Counted from the stretch's first letter, positions 42,778 through 53,379 are shown. The stretch is 64,000 bases of DNA from Limnothrix sp. BL-A-16 (GCA_041937175.2 CP166615.1:3648001-3712000); one strand, 5' to 3'. Translations and numbers: made by a program. Notes: generated by a model not told the origin, from the letters alone.

Positions 42778-44526
42778 ATGATTAACCCAAAAATTAGCCA
42801 AAAAATTCTGACCAATTTAAAAAAGGGATTTCAAACAAGTTTCCAAAGTCCCCGCCAAGCACCCCACTGGACTATTTCTTGGCCCCTATTAGGTTTGATT
42901 TTGTTAAGTGGCGCGATCGCCCTCTACGGCATTAACTGGGGATTGCCAGACTGGAAAGGTTGGGCCGCCGATGAGCTAACCCCAGAACGGGTTTTAGAGG
43001 CGATCGATCAAAAATTCGCCAACGGTTGGCACTACAAATATCCACCTTTTCACTATTACTTATTAACCCTGCTTTATTCCCCCCTGTTGGTGCTGAAACA
43101 ACTGGGCTGGATTTCCTTTGAAGATCTAAAAACCTATAGCCTTTTGTTCTATCTCAATCGGCTACTTTGCGTGGCCATGGGCATGGGAACCATGGTCTTG
43201 ATGGTGCGGTTGGGAGAAATGATCTTCGATCGCAAAACCGGCTGGTTAGCGGCTTTGGCCATGGCCCTCACGCCCCTTTATGTCTACTACGCCAAAATTG
43301 CCAACTTAGATATTCCCGTTTTGTTTTGGTCGATCGGCTTTTTGATTGTCTATGTGGAAATTCTGAATCATCACCGCTTTCGCGACTATATCATCGGCGC
43401 AGTTTTAGCCGCGATCGCCGTTTGCACCAAGGATCAGTTTTATGGATTTTGTATCCTCACCCCATTTTTCGTCATTTGGCACTATTGGCAAAAACAACGG
43501 CTCAACGATTCTCAATTCACCCTTTGGCAAGCGGTGCGCGATCGACGGGTGGGCTATGGGCTTGGTGCAGGTGTTTTGGCATTTTTGATTCTGCAAAATG
43601 CCCTCTTTAATTTCCAAGGGTTTATCGATCGATTCAACTTAATTTTGTACGGAGGAGCCAGCATTCGCCCTCGCTACGAAGAAAGTTTGCAAGGGCAGTG
43701 GGAAATGCTGGGCCAAAGTTTTGGGCATTTGCAATTTTCCTTTGGTTGGCCCCTTTGGTGGCTGGCTTGGGTCGGTGTGGCGCTCTATGGCTGGCGATTG
43801 ATTCGATCGCTCCGAGGCCATTCCCAACCGGGCTGCACCTCTCTTCATCCCACCGATCGCCAATGGTTGCCGCTCTATCTTTGGGTTCCTGGCGTTTCCT
43901 ATTATCTGTTTTATATTGCGCCTATTTTGTATAACGATGTGCGCTATTTAATGCCCTTGATGCCCCTCTTTGCCTTCTTTGCTGGCTCTGCCATGGCCCA
44001 GTTGAGCGATCGACTGAAACCTTGGTTTTTTCCCGGCGCTTTTATTACCACCCTCGCCTTGAGTTACAGCCTGGGTTATAGCTGGACAGTCAATAGTTTA
44101 ATGACCCATGATTCACGGTATTTCGTTGAAGAATGGATGCGATCGCAAATTCCCGCCAATGAATTAATTCTGGAAGTGGGCATTGAGAAATATTTGCCCC
44201 GCACCACAGGATTTCAAGCCAAATTGCTCGAAGAACCGGACTTGGGCCAGGTAAACGCCCTCAAACCCCAGTGGATTATTGTCAGCAGTGGCTATGACCA
44301 ACGCCGGTTTCCACAAAATTCTCCAGGTCACCAATTTTTTGAGCAGTTACAATCAGGAAAATTGGGCTATGAACTAGCGTTGCAATACCAAACCAAGCCC
44401 AAGTGGTATTGGTTCGATCGCCCCACGGTGACCTATCGACTGTTGGATGACATGAAAATTTATTCCAACTTCGACAAAATCGACCCTGAAATCACAATTT
44501 ACCGATCGAATAAACCGATTAAATAA
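42778..44526 (+). CDS. ArnT/PMT_2-type (GT83/GT39-like) glycosyltransferase
   Basis: WGLP...ADE, YPP..Y, TK motif, RYLMP; many TM helices. Confidence 0.75.
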   Translation: MINPKISQKILTNLKKGFQTSFQSPRQAPHWTISWPLLGLILLSGAIALYGINWGLPDWKGWAADELTPERVLEAIDQKFANGWHYKYPPFHYYLLTLLYSPLLVLKQLGWISFEDLKTYSLLFYLNRLLCVAMGMGTMVLMVRLGEMIFDRKTGWLAALAMALTPLYVYYAKIANLDIPVLFWSIGFLIVYVEILNHHRFRDYIIGAVLAAIAVCTKDQFYGFCILTPFFVIWHYWQKQRLNDSQFTLWQAVRDRRVGYGLGAGVLAFLILQNALFNFQGFIDRFNLILYGGASIRPRYEESLQGQWEMLGQSFGHLQFSFGWPLWWLAWVGVALYGWRLIRSLRGHSQPGCTSLHPTDRQWLPLYLWVPGVSYYLFYIAPILYNDVRYLMPLMPLFAFFAGSAMAQLSDRLKPWFFPGAFITTLALSYSLGYSWTVNSLMTHDSRYFVEEWMRSQIPANELILEVGIEKYLPRTTGFQAKLLEEPDLGQVNALKPQWIIVSSGYDQRRFPQNSPGHQFFEQLQSGKLGYELALQYQTKPKWYWFDRPTVTYRLLDDMKIYSNFDKIDPEITIYRSNKPIK

Positions 44527-44543
44527 ACCCTTAGCGTTCAATC

Positions 44544-45323
44544 ATGATGCCCCTCCCTGCCACGCCCCGTGCTTCCCGTCGCTCCCTGACTTTCGCACCC
44601 GTCCTGGCTCGCTCTGGGTTGGTGGGCTGGGGATGTTTGGCCTGCTTGCTAATCGGCTGTGGCAATGGGAACCGCAGCGACGCAGCAGTCACCACCGAAG
44701 CTCCGGCGGCCCCAGCGACTCAGCCTGTGGCCTTGAACAACGAGACCGGTTCGGCTCCGGGGGCGGGCCAGTCGCCCACCGTGAATCGGGTGGCGGCGGT
44801 GGATGCCAACCGCGAAATCGCCAACGGTCGCCTAGGGCGGGTGCGGCTGGGCATGACCCTCGCGGAAGCCAAGCGACTGATGGGGCCCAATGTGCGCTGG
44901 GAAAATGTGCCGAACCTGTTGGTGGACTTTGGCGGCATCGCGGCCAAGTCGGGATCCCAAACCCTGTTTTATGTCATTTACGAAGCAGCAGGCGGAGCAC
45001 CACGCGATCGCGACCCGATTTCCATGCTAATGACGGAGAACGCAGCCTATAAAACCGCTGAAGGCATTGGCCCCGGCAGCTCGATCGCCCAAGCCGAAGC
45101 AGTCTATGGCAAAGCCACCCTCAGTTTCAATTGGGATGATGAAGCGCGGGAATATGTCAAATTTGCCAGCCAGCCGGTGGGTCTGATTTTTCGCACCCAA
45201 GGTCAGCCCAATGACTTCGATGGCAACTATCCCACCACCCAAGGCCAAAGCGACAGTTTTTACAGCACACAACGTTATCACCCCACCGCAGCGATCAAAG
45301 CCGTGTGGGTCGCTTCGCCCTAG
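44544..45323 (+). CDS. Putative lipoprotein
   Basis: Signal peptide ending in a LIGC lipobox, P/A-rich linker, GIGPGS repeat-like domain. Confidence 0.65.
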   Translation: MMPLPATPRASRRSLTFAPVLARSGLVGWGCLACLLIGCGNGNRSDAAVTTEAPAAPATQPVALNNETGSAPGAGQSPTVNRVAAVDANREIANGRLGRVRLGMTLAEAKRLMGPNVRWENVPNLLVDFGGIAAKSGSQTLFYVIYEAAGGAPRDRDPISMLMTENAAYKTAEGIGPGSSIAQAEAVYGKATLSFNWDDEAREYVKFASQPVGLIFRTQGQPNDFDGNYPTTQGQSDSFYSTQRYHPTAAIKAVWVASP

Positions 45324-45346
45324 TCGCGCGACAGGCTTAATGTATT

Positions 45347-46249
45347 AGACCTCTTGCACGAATAAAGCAGTAGTGTAGAAAGTCGTCGTCACCCTGATCG
45401 GGAGATGCTCTACAAAAGCCTCGCCTCGCTGCCCCCATCACAGTTTCGCCGTGCCTGTGGCTTCAGTCGCTCCACCTTCCAAGCCATGCTGGAAGTCCTC
45501 CGCCCCGCCCTAGACCGGAGTGGCAAACGCGGGGGCCAAAATAGTCTGAGTGTTGAGAATCAGCTTCTGCTAACCCTGCAATACTGGCGCGAGTATCGCA
45601 CCCAATTCCACATCGGTCTCGATTTCGGGGTCTCAGAAGCCACCGTCTGTCGGATCATCAACCGTGTTGAGACCGTCTTGGTCAAAAGTGGTCGGTTTGC
45701 CTTGCCCGGCAAACGCCGTCTCTTAGACCCCGAAACCGACGAGTCAGTGGTGGTGATTGATGTGACCGAAGTCGCCATTGAACGCCCAAAAAAAACAGCG
45801 AGCTTACTACAGCGGTAAGCAAAAGCGGCATACGTTGAAAGGGCAATTGGTGATTGATTGGCGCTCCGGTCAATTCCTAGCGGTGGCAATCGGTCGAGGT
45901 CGCACCCATGACCTGCGACTTTGGCGTGAGAGCGCGTTTCGCCTAGCCCCAGACCGGCTGTGTCTAGCGGATAGTGGGTATCAAGGGCTAGCTCGTCACC
46001 ATGAAGCCACGATCCTTCCGAAACGGAAACCACCTCGAAAGTGCCTGCCTGACGAGGAAAAAGCTTGCAATCAGGCGTTAGCGGCGGTGCGCATTCGGAT
46101 TGAGCACGCCATTCGTCGCTTGAAGCGATTTCGGATCTTCTCAGAACGCTATCGCAATCGTCGTCGCCGTTTTGGCTTGAGGCTCCATCTGTTAGCTGGG
46201 TTGCTCAACTACCAAGCGGCACATCCAATTTGATTCGTGCAAGAGGTCT
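45347..46249 (+). mobile_element. IS5-family insertion sequence (ISL2-like), 903 bp
   Basis: Perfect TIRs AGACCTCTTGCACGAAT / ATTCGTGCAAGAGGTCT; ATT target duplication; split DDE transposase. Confidence 0.92.
45405..46233 (+). CDS. IS5 transposase in two overlapping frames (45405-45818, 45778-46233), probable -1 frameshift at A8 (45788-45795)
   Basis: HTH + IDVTE..IERPKK in ORF A; YSGK.K.HT.K, ADSGYQG, RIRIEH in ORF B. Confidence 0.85.
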
Positions 46250-46366
46250 ATTGGGTCAAAGCGGCAAAGGCAGTCGTGGTAACAAGGGGCTGAAGCCCCC
46301 TGCTGCCTAACGGTTTGGGGGCGACAATAGTCAGTTGACTTGGCCTATCACGTTCAGGCAGCCGCG

Positions 46367-46891
46367 CTACTGGGGTTCCGGGCTGTCCGCCAACTCCGAA
46401 AACCGCTTCGCTCCGGCCGCCCGCAAGCGTTCCGCTCCCTCGGGCCAATCCATCAACAGTGCCAAATCCAGATGGGTGAAGTCGGGGCCATGGTCACCGA
46501 TCCGGTTGGGGTCGGCTCCGGCCGCCAACAAGCGGCCGATTGCGCCGGCCTGTCGCCAAGCCACGGCAAACCCAAGGGGCGTTTCCGAATCATCTGTGAC
46601 GGCGTTGGGATCGGCTCCCCGTCGCAATAACAAATCGATCATCGGCAAGTCCCCTTCAACCACAACATTGAGCAGAGGGGTGCAGCCAAAGTTACCGGGC
46701 GGGCCATCCACGGGAGCGCCCCGATCGAGCAACCAAGTCACCATCGATCGGTTGTGCCAAATGGCGTAGTCCAGCAACAGGGCTTCATCGGACTGGTAAA
46801 GCTCGGGATGTTTGCCCAACAACAATCGCAGCCGCCGCCGATTGCCGCGTTGAATGTAGCTATGTGCTCGACGAATGAGACCACGACCCAT
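46367..46891 (-). CDS. Ankyrin repeat protein
   Basis: TPL..., LLRRGADPN, LLAAGADPN repeats. Confidence 0.8.
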   Translation of the reverse strand: MGRGLIRRAHSYIQRGNRRRLRLLLGKHPELYQSDEALLLDYAIWHNRSMVTWLLDRGAPVDGPPGNFGCTPLLNVVVEGDLPMIDLLLRRGADPNAVTDDSETPLGFAVAWRQAGAIGRLLAAGADPNRIGDHGPDFTHLDLALLMDWPEGAERLRAAGAKRFSELADSPEPQ

Positions 46892-47026
46892 GGGCGATCG
46901 ACCTGCTGAGATGATGGGCTGAATTTAGGGGGCGATCGGCTGGCAGGTTAACGGTTCGCTTAAAGGGCTGAAAATAACCTTCAACTCAGCACCAAGTTTC
47001 TTTCTCTGTCCAATTCAAGCAAATTG

Positions 47027-47119
47027 TGGTAGTGCCTGTGAGGTGATGATTTTCGGTAACTGATCGCTTACACCGCAAGACTTTCACCAGCCCATCATTA
47101 CTGAATTACGGCACTACCC
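47027..47119. mobile_element. Small MITE-like element (93 bp)
   Basis: Ends (t)GGTAGTGCC / GGCACTACC(c), flanked by direct repeat AAATTG (47021-47026, 47120-47125). Confidence 0.6.
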
Positions 47120-47184
47120 AAATTGTTAAACATTACTTAACTTGTAGTATATCTGCAAGGTTTAGAAAGCAACTTCCAGAAAAA

Positions 47185-49776
47185 TCATACTTGAATTTGC
47201 TGTTGTACTTGTAATGAGGCTTGAGCTTTGACAAATGAACTGTAAATAGAAATTTCCGAATTTATGATTTCAAAACTAACAGCTAGAGCATAAGGCACTT
47301 GAGCCGTTAAATCGTTATTCCAACCTTTATGAGCTACAACTGCTATACAAAAAGTATCTCGCAAGTCGAAAGATTTGACTACTGCCCAATCTTTCTGAAT
47401 TGTCCCAACTCCTCTAGAAGTATCTTTTACCCGTCTACTATGATTTTTCTGCTGTCCAAGTGTCCAGTCGAATAATCCAGATCCATCCTCCTGATCCTCA
47501 GAAGCTTCGTATTTTTCAAGAACCCTAGCTAAAAATCTATCTGGTGATTCTTCTTTTTGACTACATTCCCAATGTAACCAAGTGGATAAATATTTGCGTT
47601 TATTACGCCGTGTTCGACGTGGTTCAGCTTTATAAGAAAGTGTAATCTCAATAAGAATATCAAAAGCTTCTGCTGGAGATTGTAGTTCTTCCGGAATGAT
47701 CACTTGATAAATATGTGCTTGTCGGGCTTGGATTAGACTATCCCCATTAGTGATCAATGTCACACGATTAGGTGCATTACCAAGCGCACGCTCAAGATTA
47801 GGCAAACCGTATCCCATCATACGGATAGCTGAGGAAAGATCGGGTTCATCATTAGCCCATGCAGGTAATCTTGCTGATTGCACAATCAAAGCTTTATAGA
47901 GCAAGCAACTTTCCTGTGGGAAATTAGATGCCAAGGCTGCTGCAATATGAGTCACTTTAGGTGCTGCAAAGGAAGTGCCAATATTATCCGCTGCAACTGC
48001 TGGCGCTCCCCCTATCGTCGTCCTTACTAACTCGGGGCAAACATCCGTAGGTGTAGAAAAGCTAGGCGGATTCCCCTCGTCCTTGACTAGATCTCCGCCA
48101 TACTCAACGACTTCAGGCTTTATCGAATCCCAAATGCCATAGCCTGTGCAGGAAAATGCTGAAGGATAGTCTTGTAATGCCACAGAAGTACTCGGTGGAC
48201 GATTATAGGTACAATGAGCGATCGAGCCTACAGTTAAAGCTTGAAAGCTTTGGGCAGGATTAGCGATCCGAGACGAATCCTTTAGTAAAAAATCTGGATA
48301 TGCACACCCTTCCTCAAAGTGCTCTGTGAGAGCCTTGCGAGTAATACTCAGTCCTGGAAGTCGAACAGTAGGGAGGTTTCCGGCTGAAACAATAAAAAGA
48401 ATGTCCTTTTGCCAAGCAAGGTAATCTATTTCAGCAGCCCAAGCACTCATGTAAGTTCTTCGACAAGGAGCTGAACTATTAATTGAGTGATTAAAGATGC
48501 GAGTACCTGCTTGGGAATGATAGAAATCTACAATGTCATTTAAGACTTCTGGTATGTATAATTTGTCTGGAAACTTGCAATCTTGTCCTAAAACCCTAGC
48601 GTTTTGAAGCCAACAGATTGCTGTTTGCCGACCAGTACGTGGAACTCCTTGAGGATATAAAACTGCTCCAGCGACTCGTGTACCATGCCCACCACCTGAT
48701 ACACGATCTACTTTTTGATCAGTCTCATTAGGAACCCATGATCGCGAATTACTGCTATCTACGGCAACGCGTAAGAAACGATGGCTTTCTTGGATACCAC
48801 TATCAATGATGCAGACCTTTGGAGCTAATGGTGGTGGCGGATCAAGTGTAAATGAAGGTTGATCACTTGTTGCTATAGTACGATCAGTTAATGGTTCAGC
48901 TATTTGATCTGGTTCGCTAACCTCAAAAACGTAGGGATAATTGGCAACTAAATCTTTCAAGCCCTTGCCAGAAATCTCAATGCGACTAGAGAAACTATCG
49001 GGCAAAAGTGCAAGATGTGAGCGATCATCATGATCACCAAGCAAAAGGAATGTTCCATCAAGCTTTCTTATAAAGTCTTCAAAATCATTTTCTCTATCAA
49101 GTTGTAGCCTTTCCCATTCCTGCAAAGTTTGGTCACGCCTATCAGTCCATCTGGCAACCTTACGAGCGTATCTCTCAGGGTCTTCATTCTCTTGTTGGCG
49201 TGGATAGTCTGAAAATTTAGAATTGAGACCTACACAGGCAATGCTGATATCAACTGTGTAAATGTGATCATCTAGGATCTGATCCCATAGAGCAAGCAAA
49301 TCTGGTGACAGAATGTATTCCAGGCGCTTAAACTTACCTTCTAGAATTTCCCAGATCTCAGCGACCTTCCCTCCACCATGTTCTTCAGCAATAAACTTCT
49401 CAATCTTTTCCTGGAGTTTAGTCAATTCAGCATCAACCGATGCCCCAAGGATGTAACCATCCTCAAGTTCAAGAATAACTTCAATCCCAAAGCTCTTGAG
49501 GGCATCCGCATCAAAGGATTTTGGATCTACTTGAAGTAAGAATGAAGGAACATTTGGAATGTCTGGCATTCCTTCTTGCTGACGTTTTTCAAGGGTATCC
49601 TTCCAATCAGAAATAATGGAGGATACAGAAGATTTGAGCCTCCCGCCATGACCACCTGCATCTCCTCGATTAGCATTAGAGCGATCAGAACGTCGGGGAG
49701 GTCTTCCAGGGCGGGCAAAATCTGTTTTTGTCAGCCTCAAGGGAATATGCTTGAATTGTTCAGGTCGCTCAGACAT
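47185..49776 (-). CDS. ietS: S8 family serine peptidase (IetS/Y4bN-like toxin)
   Basis: Triad IIDSG, HGTRVAG, GTSFAAP; SAGN oxyanion; KPEVVEYGG; GYGLP; no signal peptide. Confidence 0.85.
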   Translation of the reverse strand: MSERPEQFKHIPLRLTKTDFARPGRPPRRSDRSNANRGDAGGHGGRLKSSVSSIISDWKDTLEKRQQEGMPDIPNVPSFLLQVDPKSFDADALKSFGIEVILELEDGYILGASVDAELTKLQEKIEKFIAEEHGGGKVAEIWEILEGKFKRLEYILSPDLLALWDQILDDHIYTVDISIACVGLNSKFSDYPRQQENEDPERYARKVARWTDRRDQTLQEWERLQLDRENDFEDFIRKLDGTFLLLGDHDDRSHLALLPDSFSSRIEISGKGLKDLVANYPYVFEVSEPDQIAEPLTDRTIATSDQPSFTLDPPPPLAPKVCIIDSGIQESHRFLRVAVDSSNSRSWVPNETDQKVDRVSGGGHGTRVAGAVLYPQGVPRTGRQTAICWLQNARVLGQDCKFPDKLYIPEVLNDIVDFYHSQAGTRIFNHSINSSAPCRRTYMSAWAAEIDYLAWQKDILFIVSAGNLPTVRLPGLSITRKALTEHFEEGCAYPDFLLKDSSRIANPAQSFQALTVGSIAHCTYNRPPSTSVALQDYPSAFSCTGYGIWDSIKPEVVEYGGDLVKDEGNPPSFSTPTDVCPELVRTTIGGAPAVAADNIGTSFAAPKVTHIAAALASNFPQESCLLYKALIVQSARLPAWANDEPDLSSAIRMMGYGLPNLERALGNAPNRVTLITNGDSLIQARQAHIYQVIIPEELQSPAEAFDILIEITLSYKAEPRRTRRNKRKYLSTWLHWECSQKEESPDRFLARVLEKYEASEDQEDGSGLFDWTLGQQKNHSRRVKDTSRGVGTIQKDWAVVKSFDLRDTFCIAVVAHKGWNNDLTAQVPYALAVSFEIINSEISIYSSFVKAQASLQVQQQIQV

Positions 49777-50815
49777 GAGAAGCTAAAACGTCTTGAATTG
49801 ATTCTTCTAAATGTTCTTGAATGACTAACTCTTCTCGATCTAGAATAGCACGCTTCGCTGCATCTTGAGCAACCCTGACCACCTGTGCAGCCGAGAAATT
49901 GAGCATCTTTTGTATAATCGAGTTCCAATCAATTGACCCAACCTCAACCGAAGAGAGTGTCTGTTTTAAGATAACTTCAATTTCCCGCTTTGTCGGCTTT
50001 GGTACTTCAATAGCATCATCAAATCTTCGCCATACAGCTTCATCTAAAAATTTAGTTAGATTAGTTGCAGCAACAAGTAACCCATTTGAGACTTCATACT
50101 CGTCAAGTAGCTGAAGGAACGTATTAACTACCCGTTTAATTTCACCAACTTCCTGGCTATCTTCACGAGATTTTGCCAATGCATCACATTCATCAATAAA
50201 GAGCAAACATGGAAATGCAGCAGCAGTCTCAAATACTTCGCGTAGGTTAGTAGCAGTTTCTCCTAAATAGGAAGATACCATTGCATCGAAGCGAACTTTG
50301 ACCAAAGTTAAACCTGTATTCCAAGCAATACGCTCGGCTCCCATCGTTTTGCCGCACCCTGGAGAACCGTAAAGCAAAATCTTTTGGCGATAGCGCAACC
50401 CATGATGGGCAAGTCGATCACGAGCAGCATATTCCCGTTCAATACGGCGAAGTCGTGTTTCTACGGCATCGGCAAGGATCATATGATGCCGAAGACTATC
50501 ACGGGAAATTGTAACAATAAATGAGTGATTGAATCTATGTTTACTTGATAAGAGCGTGAGAGATTGTATATCTGACGATTTGGACGCGGCTCTCTCTAAG
50601 GATATTGGAGAACTTTCTCGTACAAAAGCTGGTAATGGATTTTCGGACTTGGCAAGATGCACACTTTTTCGCAGAATGCTTTCAAGTTGATTAGCAAGAT
50701 TGGTATGCCCTAGCTTGCGCTCTTCATCTACCACAATGGACAACATGCTCTGTATTGCCTGCGAATCATCGCTGGCAACAGCTCGGAATAAACGCTTTAG
50801 CACCTCTCCTTTCAT
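49769..50815 (-). CDS. ietA: AAA+ ATPase (IetA-like)
   Basis: GSPGCGKT, SSYLGET..NL, LFIDECD, EIKRVVNTFLQ, AATN...LD.A.WRRFD; overlaps the S8 gene by 8 bp. Confidence 0.88.
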   Translation of the reverse strand: MKGEVLKRLFRAVASDDSQAIQSMLSIVVDEERKLGHTNLANQLESILRKSVHLAKSENPLPAFVRESSPISLERAASKSSDIQSLTLLSSKHRFNHSFIVTISRDSLRHHMILADAVETRLRRIEREYAARDRLAHHGLRYRQKILLYGSPGCGKTMGAERIAWNTGLTLVKVRFDAMVSSYLGETATNLREVFETAAAFPCLLFIDECDALAKSREDSQEVGEIKRVVNTFLQLLDEYEVSNGLLVAATNLTKFLDEAVWRRFDDAIEVPKPTKREIEVILKQTLSSVEVGSIDWNSIIQKMLNFSAAQVVRVAQDAAKRAILDREELVIQEHLEESIQDVLASHV

Positions 50816-51018
50816 TCTTTGACCTATTGCCTACGGCCGCATGTTCCATCCTTACGATACCTAAATTTTCCGGAACCTTATAAAAACTTTACAAAATTAG
50901 AACATGGTCTCTGTGGTTTGGGTTGACAACCGCGGTCTAACTATGGATTTAGATCGCGGTTGCAAGATAACACCATACTGAGGGGAGTTACACTGAAGCA
51001 GTCAACTCTAGTACGCGA

Positions 51019-52599
51019 TTAGTGCAGTTGCGGATCGCGCCAGAGGGTGAGTTGATCGCTCATGGGTTGCAGTTGGGTTCCAGGGTAATAGAACTGCAAA
51101 ATTCGGCTGGCATTCCAACCCAGTTTGGCTAACTTTTGCGATCCCGCTTGGCTCAGGCCCGCGCCGTGGCCCCAACCGCCGCCCACGAAGGTGTAGCCTC
51201 GCAACGGTTGCGCGCCACCCCTGATCGGCTCCAGGTAAAACAATGTGCTGCGCGGAGCCATGAAGGCGCTGCGAACCGCATCTTTTTCGAGCACTAGGGG
51301 CCCGCGATCGGTCGCTACGGTCAACTTGCGCACCCGACCACCGGGCGATCGCTCCGTCACCGTCAGGCTTTGGATAGTTTTCAGGTTGGCGCAATCACTG
51401 TTTTGGGCCCGGCAATAGCGCTGCAAACCCTGGGCAATTTCCGGCAGGGTGCTGCTGCGTCGCCAGCGGAAATCGCGCCAACCCAGCTCGTTCCAACCTT
51501 GGGCGATCGCCAGGAATTGCCGCAGGTTGCGCTCATCGGACAGGGGCCGCGCCGCCAAGTCCCAAATCGGTTGATGGGCATCGACCACGGGCCGCAGGTA
51601 GGGGCGATCGGGCCCGTCCCACACATCCGTAAAGTGGGCCGTCACGCCGCCGGAGGTGGAAAAGTAGAGCGCGTCGATCAGCTCGTTTTGGTAAGTGAGC
51701 ACTTGGCCGTTGGTGGCGGCGATCGCCCGATCGACCCGGGCCGTAGCCGCCTTTAGGCCGCGATAGACCTGGCAATGGGTATCGGCACAGAGCTGGTAGC
51801 CATCGATCGCAAACCGCCGCAAATTCCGCAGGGCATAGGTACGCGCCAAAATTGCCTGGGCTTGCAAGGCGGATTCCGGTGCGCCGGCCCCAATTTCGTA
51901 GGGCACTACGCCGCGCAGATAGGTTTCCGTGGGTACAGCATTGACGATCGTATAGCTGCCATAGGCATTGCGCTGGAGTTTCAGGGAACCGGCAAATCGA
52001 TCGCGTCCCACCTCGATCGCCCCTTTGCCCGCCGAAATGGTCAACCGCTCACTGGCAAAGGATTGACCCCCGATCGCCCCGCTCACCAACAGGTTGCGAT
52101 CGCGCCGCTGACTGAACAAATTAGGCTGGCCACCGGTTGTGGCGGGCGGGTTGGCTCGAACGCTATCCAATAACAGTCGCCGCAACAGGGGCTGGTGATA
52201 AATCTCCCGCTTGGCCCACACCTGCCACCGCTCCGACGGTTGGGCCAACTCCACCTGAATCCCCCGCGATCGCCATTGGTTCGCCGCCGCCTCCGCCGTT
52301 TCAAAGCTGCGGTAAGTCCCCAAGACCACCCGCTCATCAACAACGGGTTCCGGCAGGGGTTGGGCGATCGGTTGCAACACCAAGCGATCGCCCGTCAAGG
52401 TTTGGGTGCGATCAAGCAAATCCACTTGCACTGTCAGCCGATCGCCCGGTTGCGCCTTCAGCTCCAAGGTTCCCGGCTGTTCCCCAAACCGTTGCACAAT
52501 CCCAATTTGCAGCACCGGATTGGTCGCCGCGATCGCTTCCGGAGCCATCACCCACAGCAGCGCTCCCACCCAAAAAACTTGCCGCATTGTTCCCCTCAA
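51019..52599 (-). CDS. SpoIID/LytB domain protein
   Basis: ETYLRGVVP.E, QAILARTY, CQVY, GGGWGHG.GLSQ; start may be 52587. Confidence 0.9.
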   Translation of the reverse strand: MRGTMRQVFWVGALLWVMAPEAIAATNPVLQIGIVQRFGEQPGTLELKAQPGDRLTVQVDLLDRTQTLTGDRLVLQPIAQPLPEPVVDERVVLGTYRSFETAEAAANQWRSRGIQVELAQPSERWQVWAKREIYHQPLLRRLLLDSVRANPPATTGGQPNLFSQRRDRNLLVSGAIGGQSFASERLTISAGKGAIEVGRDRFAGSLKLQRNAYGSYTIVNAVPTETYLRGVVPYEIGAGAPESALQAQAILARTYALRNLRRFAIDGYQLCADTHCQVYRGLKAATARVDRAIAATNGQVLTYQNELIDALYFSTSGGVTAHFTDVWDGPDRPYLRPVVDAHQPIWDLAARPLSDERNLRQFLAIAQGWNELGWRDFRWRRSSTLPEIAQGLQRYCRAQNSDCANLKTIQSLTVTERSPGGRVRKLTVATDRGPLVLEKDAVRSAFMAPRSTLFYLEPIRGGAQPLRGYTFVGGGWGHGAGLSQAGSQKLAKLGWNASRILQFYYPGTQLQPMSDQLTLWRDPQLH

Positions 52600-52680
52600 A
52601 ACGAACCCATACTAAGTGATTTTACTGATCTCCATTTGCCCAAGGTCAAGGGATCAGCAGGCTGCATCCATCCCCAGAGT

Positions 52681-52695
52681 TGAGAATAATTTGCA
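52681..52695. promoter_or_regulatory. Possible Fur/PerR box upstream of dps
   Basis: TGAGAAT-A-ATTTGCA resembles a 7-1-7 Fur-family repeat. Confidence 0.4.
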
Positions 52696-52802
52696 TATTG
52701 CAACTCGAAATCAATATGACTATGATAAAGACAACCCGATCGCGCCCCTCCGTTTCCCCAGCCCCTGTCTTAAAGTCGTTTCATCAAGTTGGGTAATTCA
52801 CC

Positions 52803-53285
52803 ATGGCTGTTTCTGCTCCCATCATTAATATCGGCATTCCCGAAGCCGATCGCGCCAACATCGCCGCCGGCCTTTCCCGCGTCCTGGCCGACACCTACAC
52901 CCTCTATCTCAAAACCCACAACTTCCATTGGAACGTGACGGGCCCCATGTTCAACACCCTGCACCTGATGTTCGAGGCGCAATACACCGAACTGGCCCTC
53001 GCAGTGGATTTGATTGCGGAACGGATTCGATCGCTTGGCTTCCCGGCTCCCGGCAGCTACAGCGAATATGCCAAGCTAACCTCCATTCCCGAGGCCGAGG
53101 GCGTTCCCAGCGCCGAGGTGATGATTGCCCAGTTGGTGGAAGGTCAAGAGGCCGTCGTTCGCACGGCGCGGGCGGTGTTCCCCCTGGCCGATGCGGCGAA
53201 TGATGAACCCACGGCCGATCTGTTAACCCAGCGCCTGCAAATCCACGAGAAGAACGCTTGGATGCTGCGGAGTTTGTTGCAGTAG
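52803..53285 (+). CDS. dps: Dps family DNA protection / ferritin-like protein
   Basis: [31 protein letters not shown]. Confidence 0.96.
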   Translation: MAVSAPIINIGIPEADRANIAAGLSRVLADTYTLYLKTHNFHWNVTGPMFNTLHLMFEAQYTELALAVDLIAERIRSLGFPAPGSYSEYAKLTSIPEAEGVPSAEVMIAQLVEGQEAVVRTARAVFPLADAANDEPTADLLTQRLQIHEKNAWMLRSLLQ

Positions 53286-53334
53286 ATTCCAGTCGATCGC
53301 CCCTCCCGATCGCGCTAAGGGCGATCGACCACCG

Positions 53335-53379
53335 CGCGAGAACCCCGATCCTGCCAGCACTGGATCAGGGTTTTTCGCG
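53335..53379 (+). terminator. Hairpin after dps
   Basis: CGCGAGAACCCCGATCC...GGATCAGGGTTTTTCGCG imperfect inverted repeat. Confidence 0.55.
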
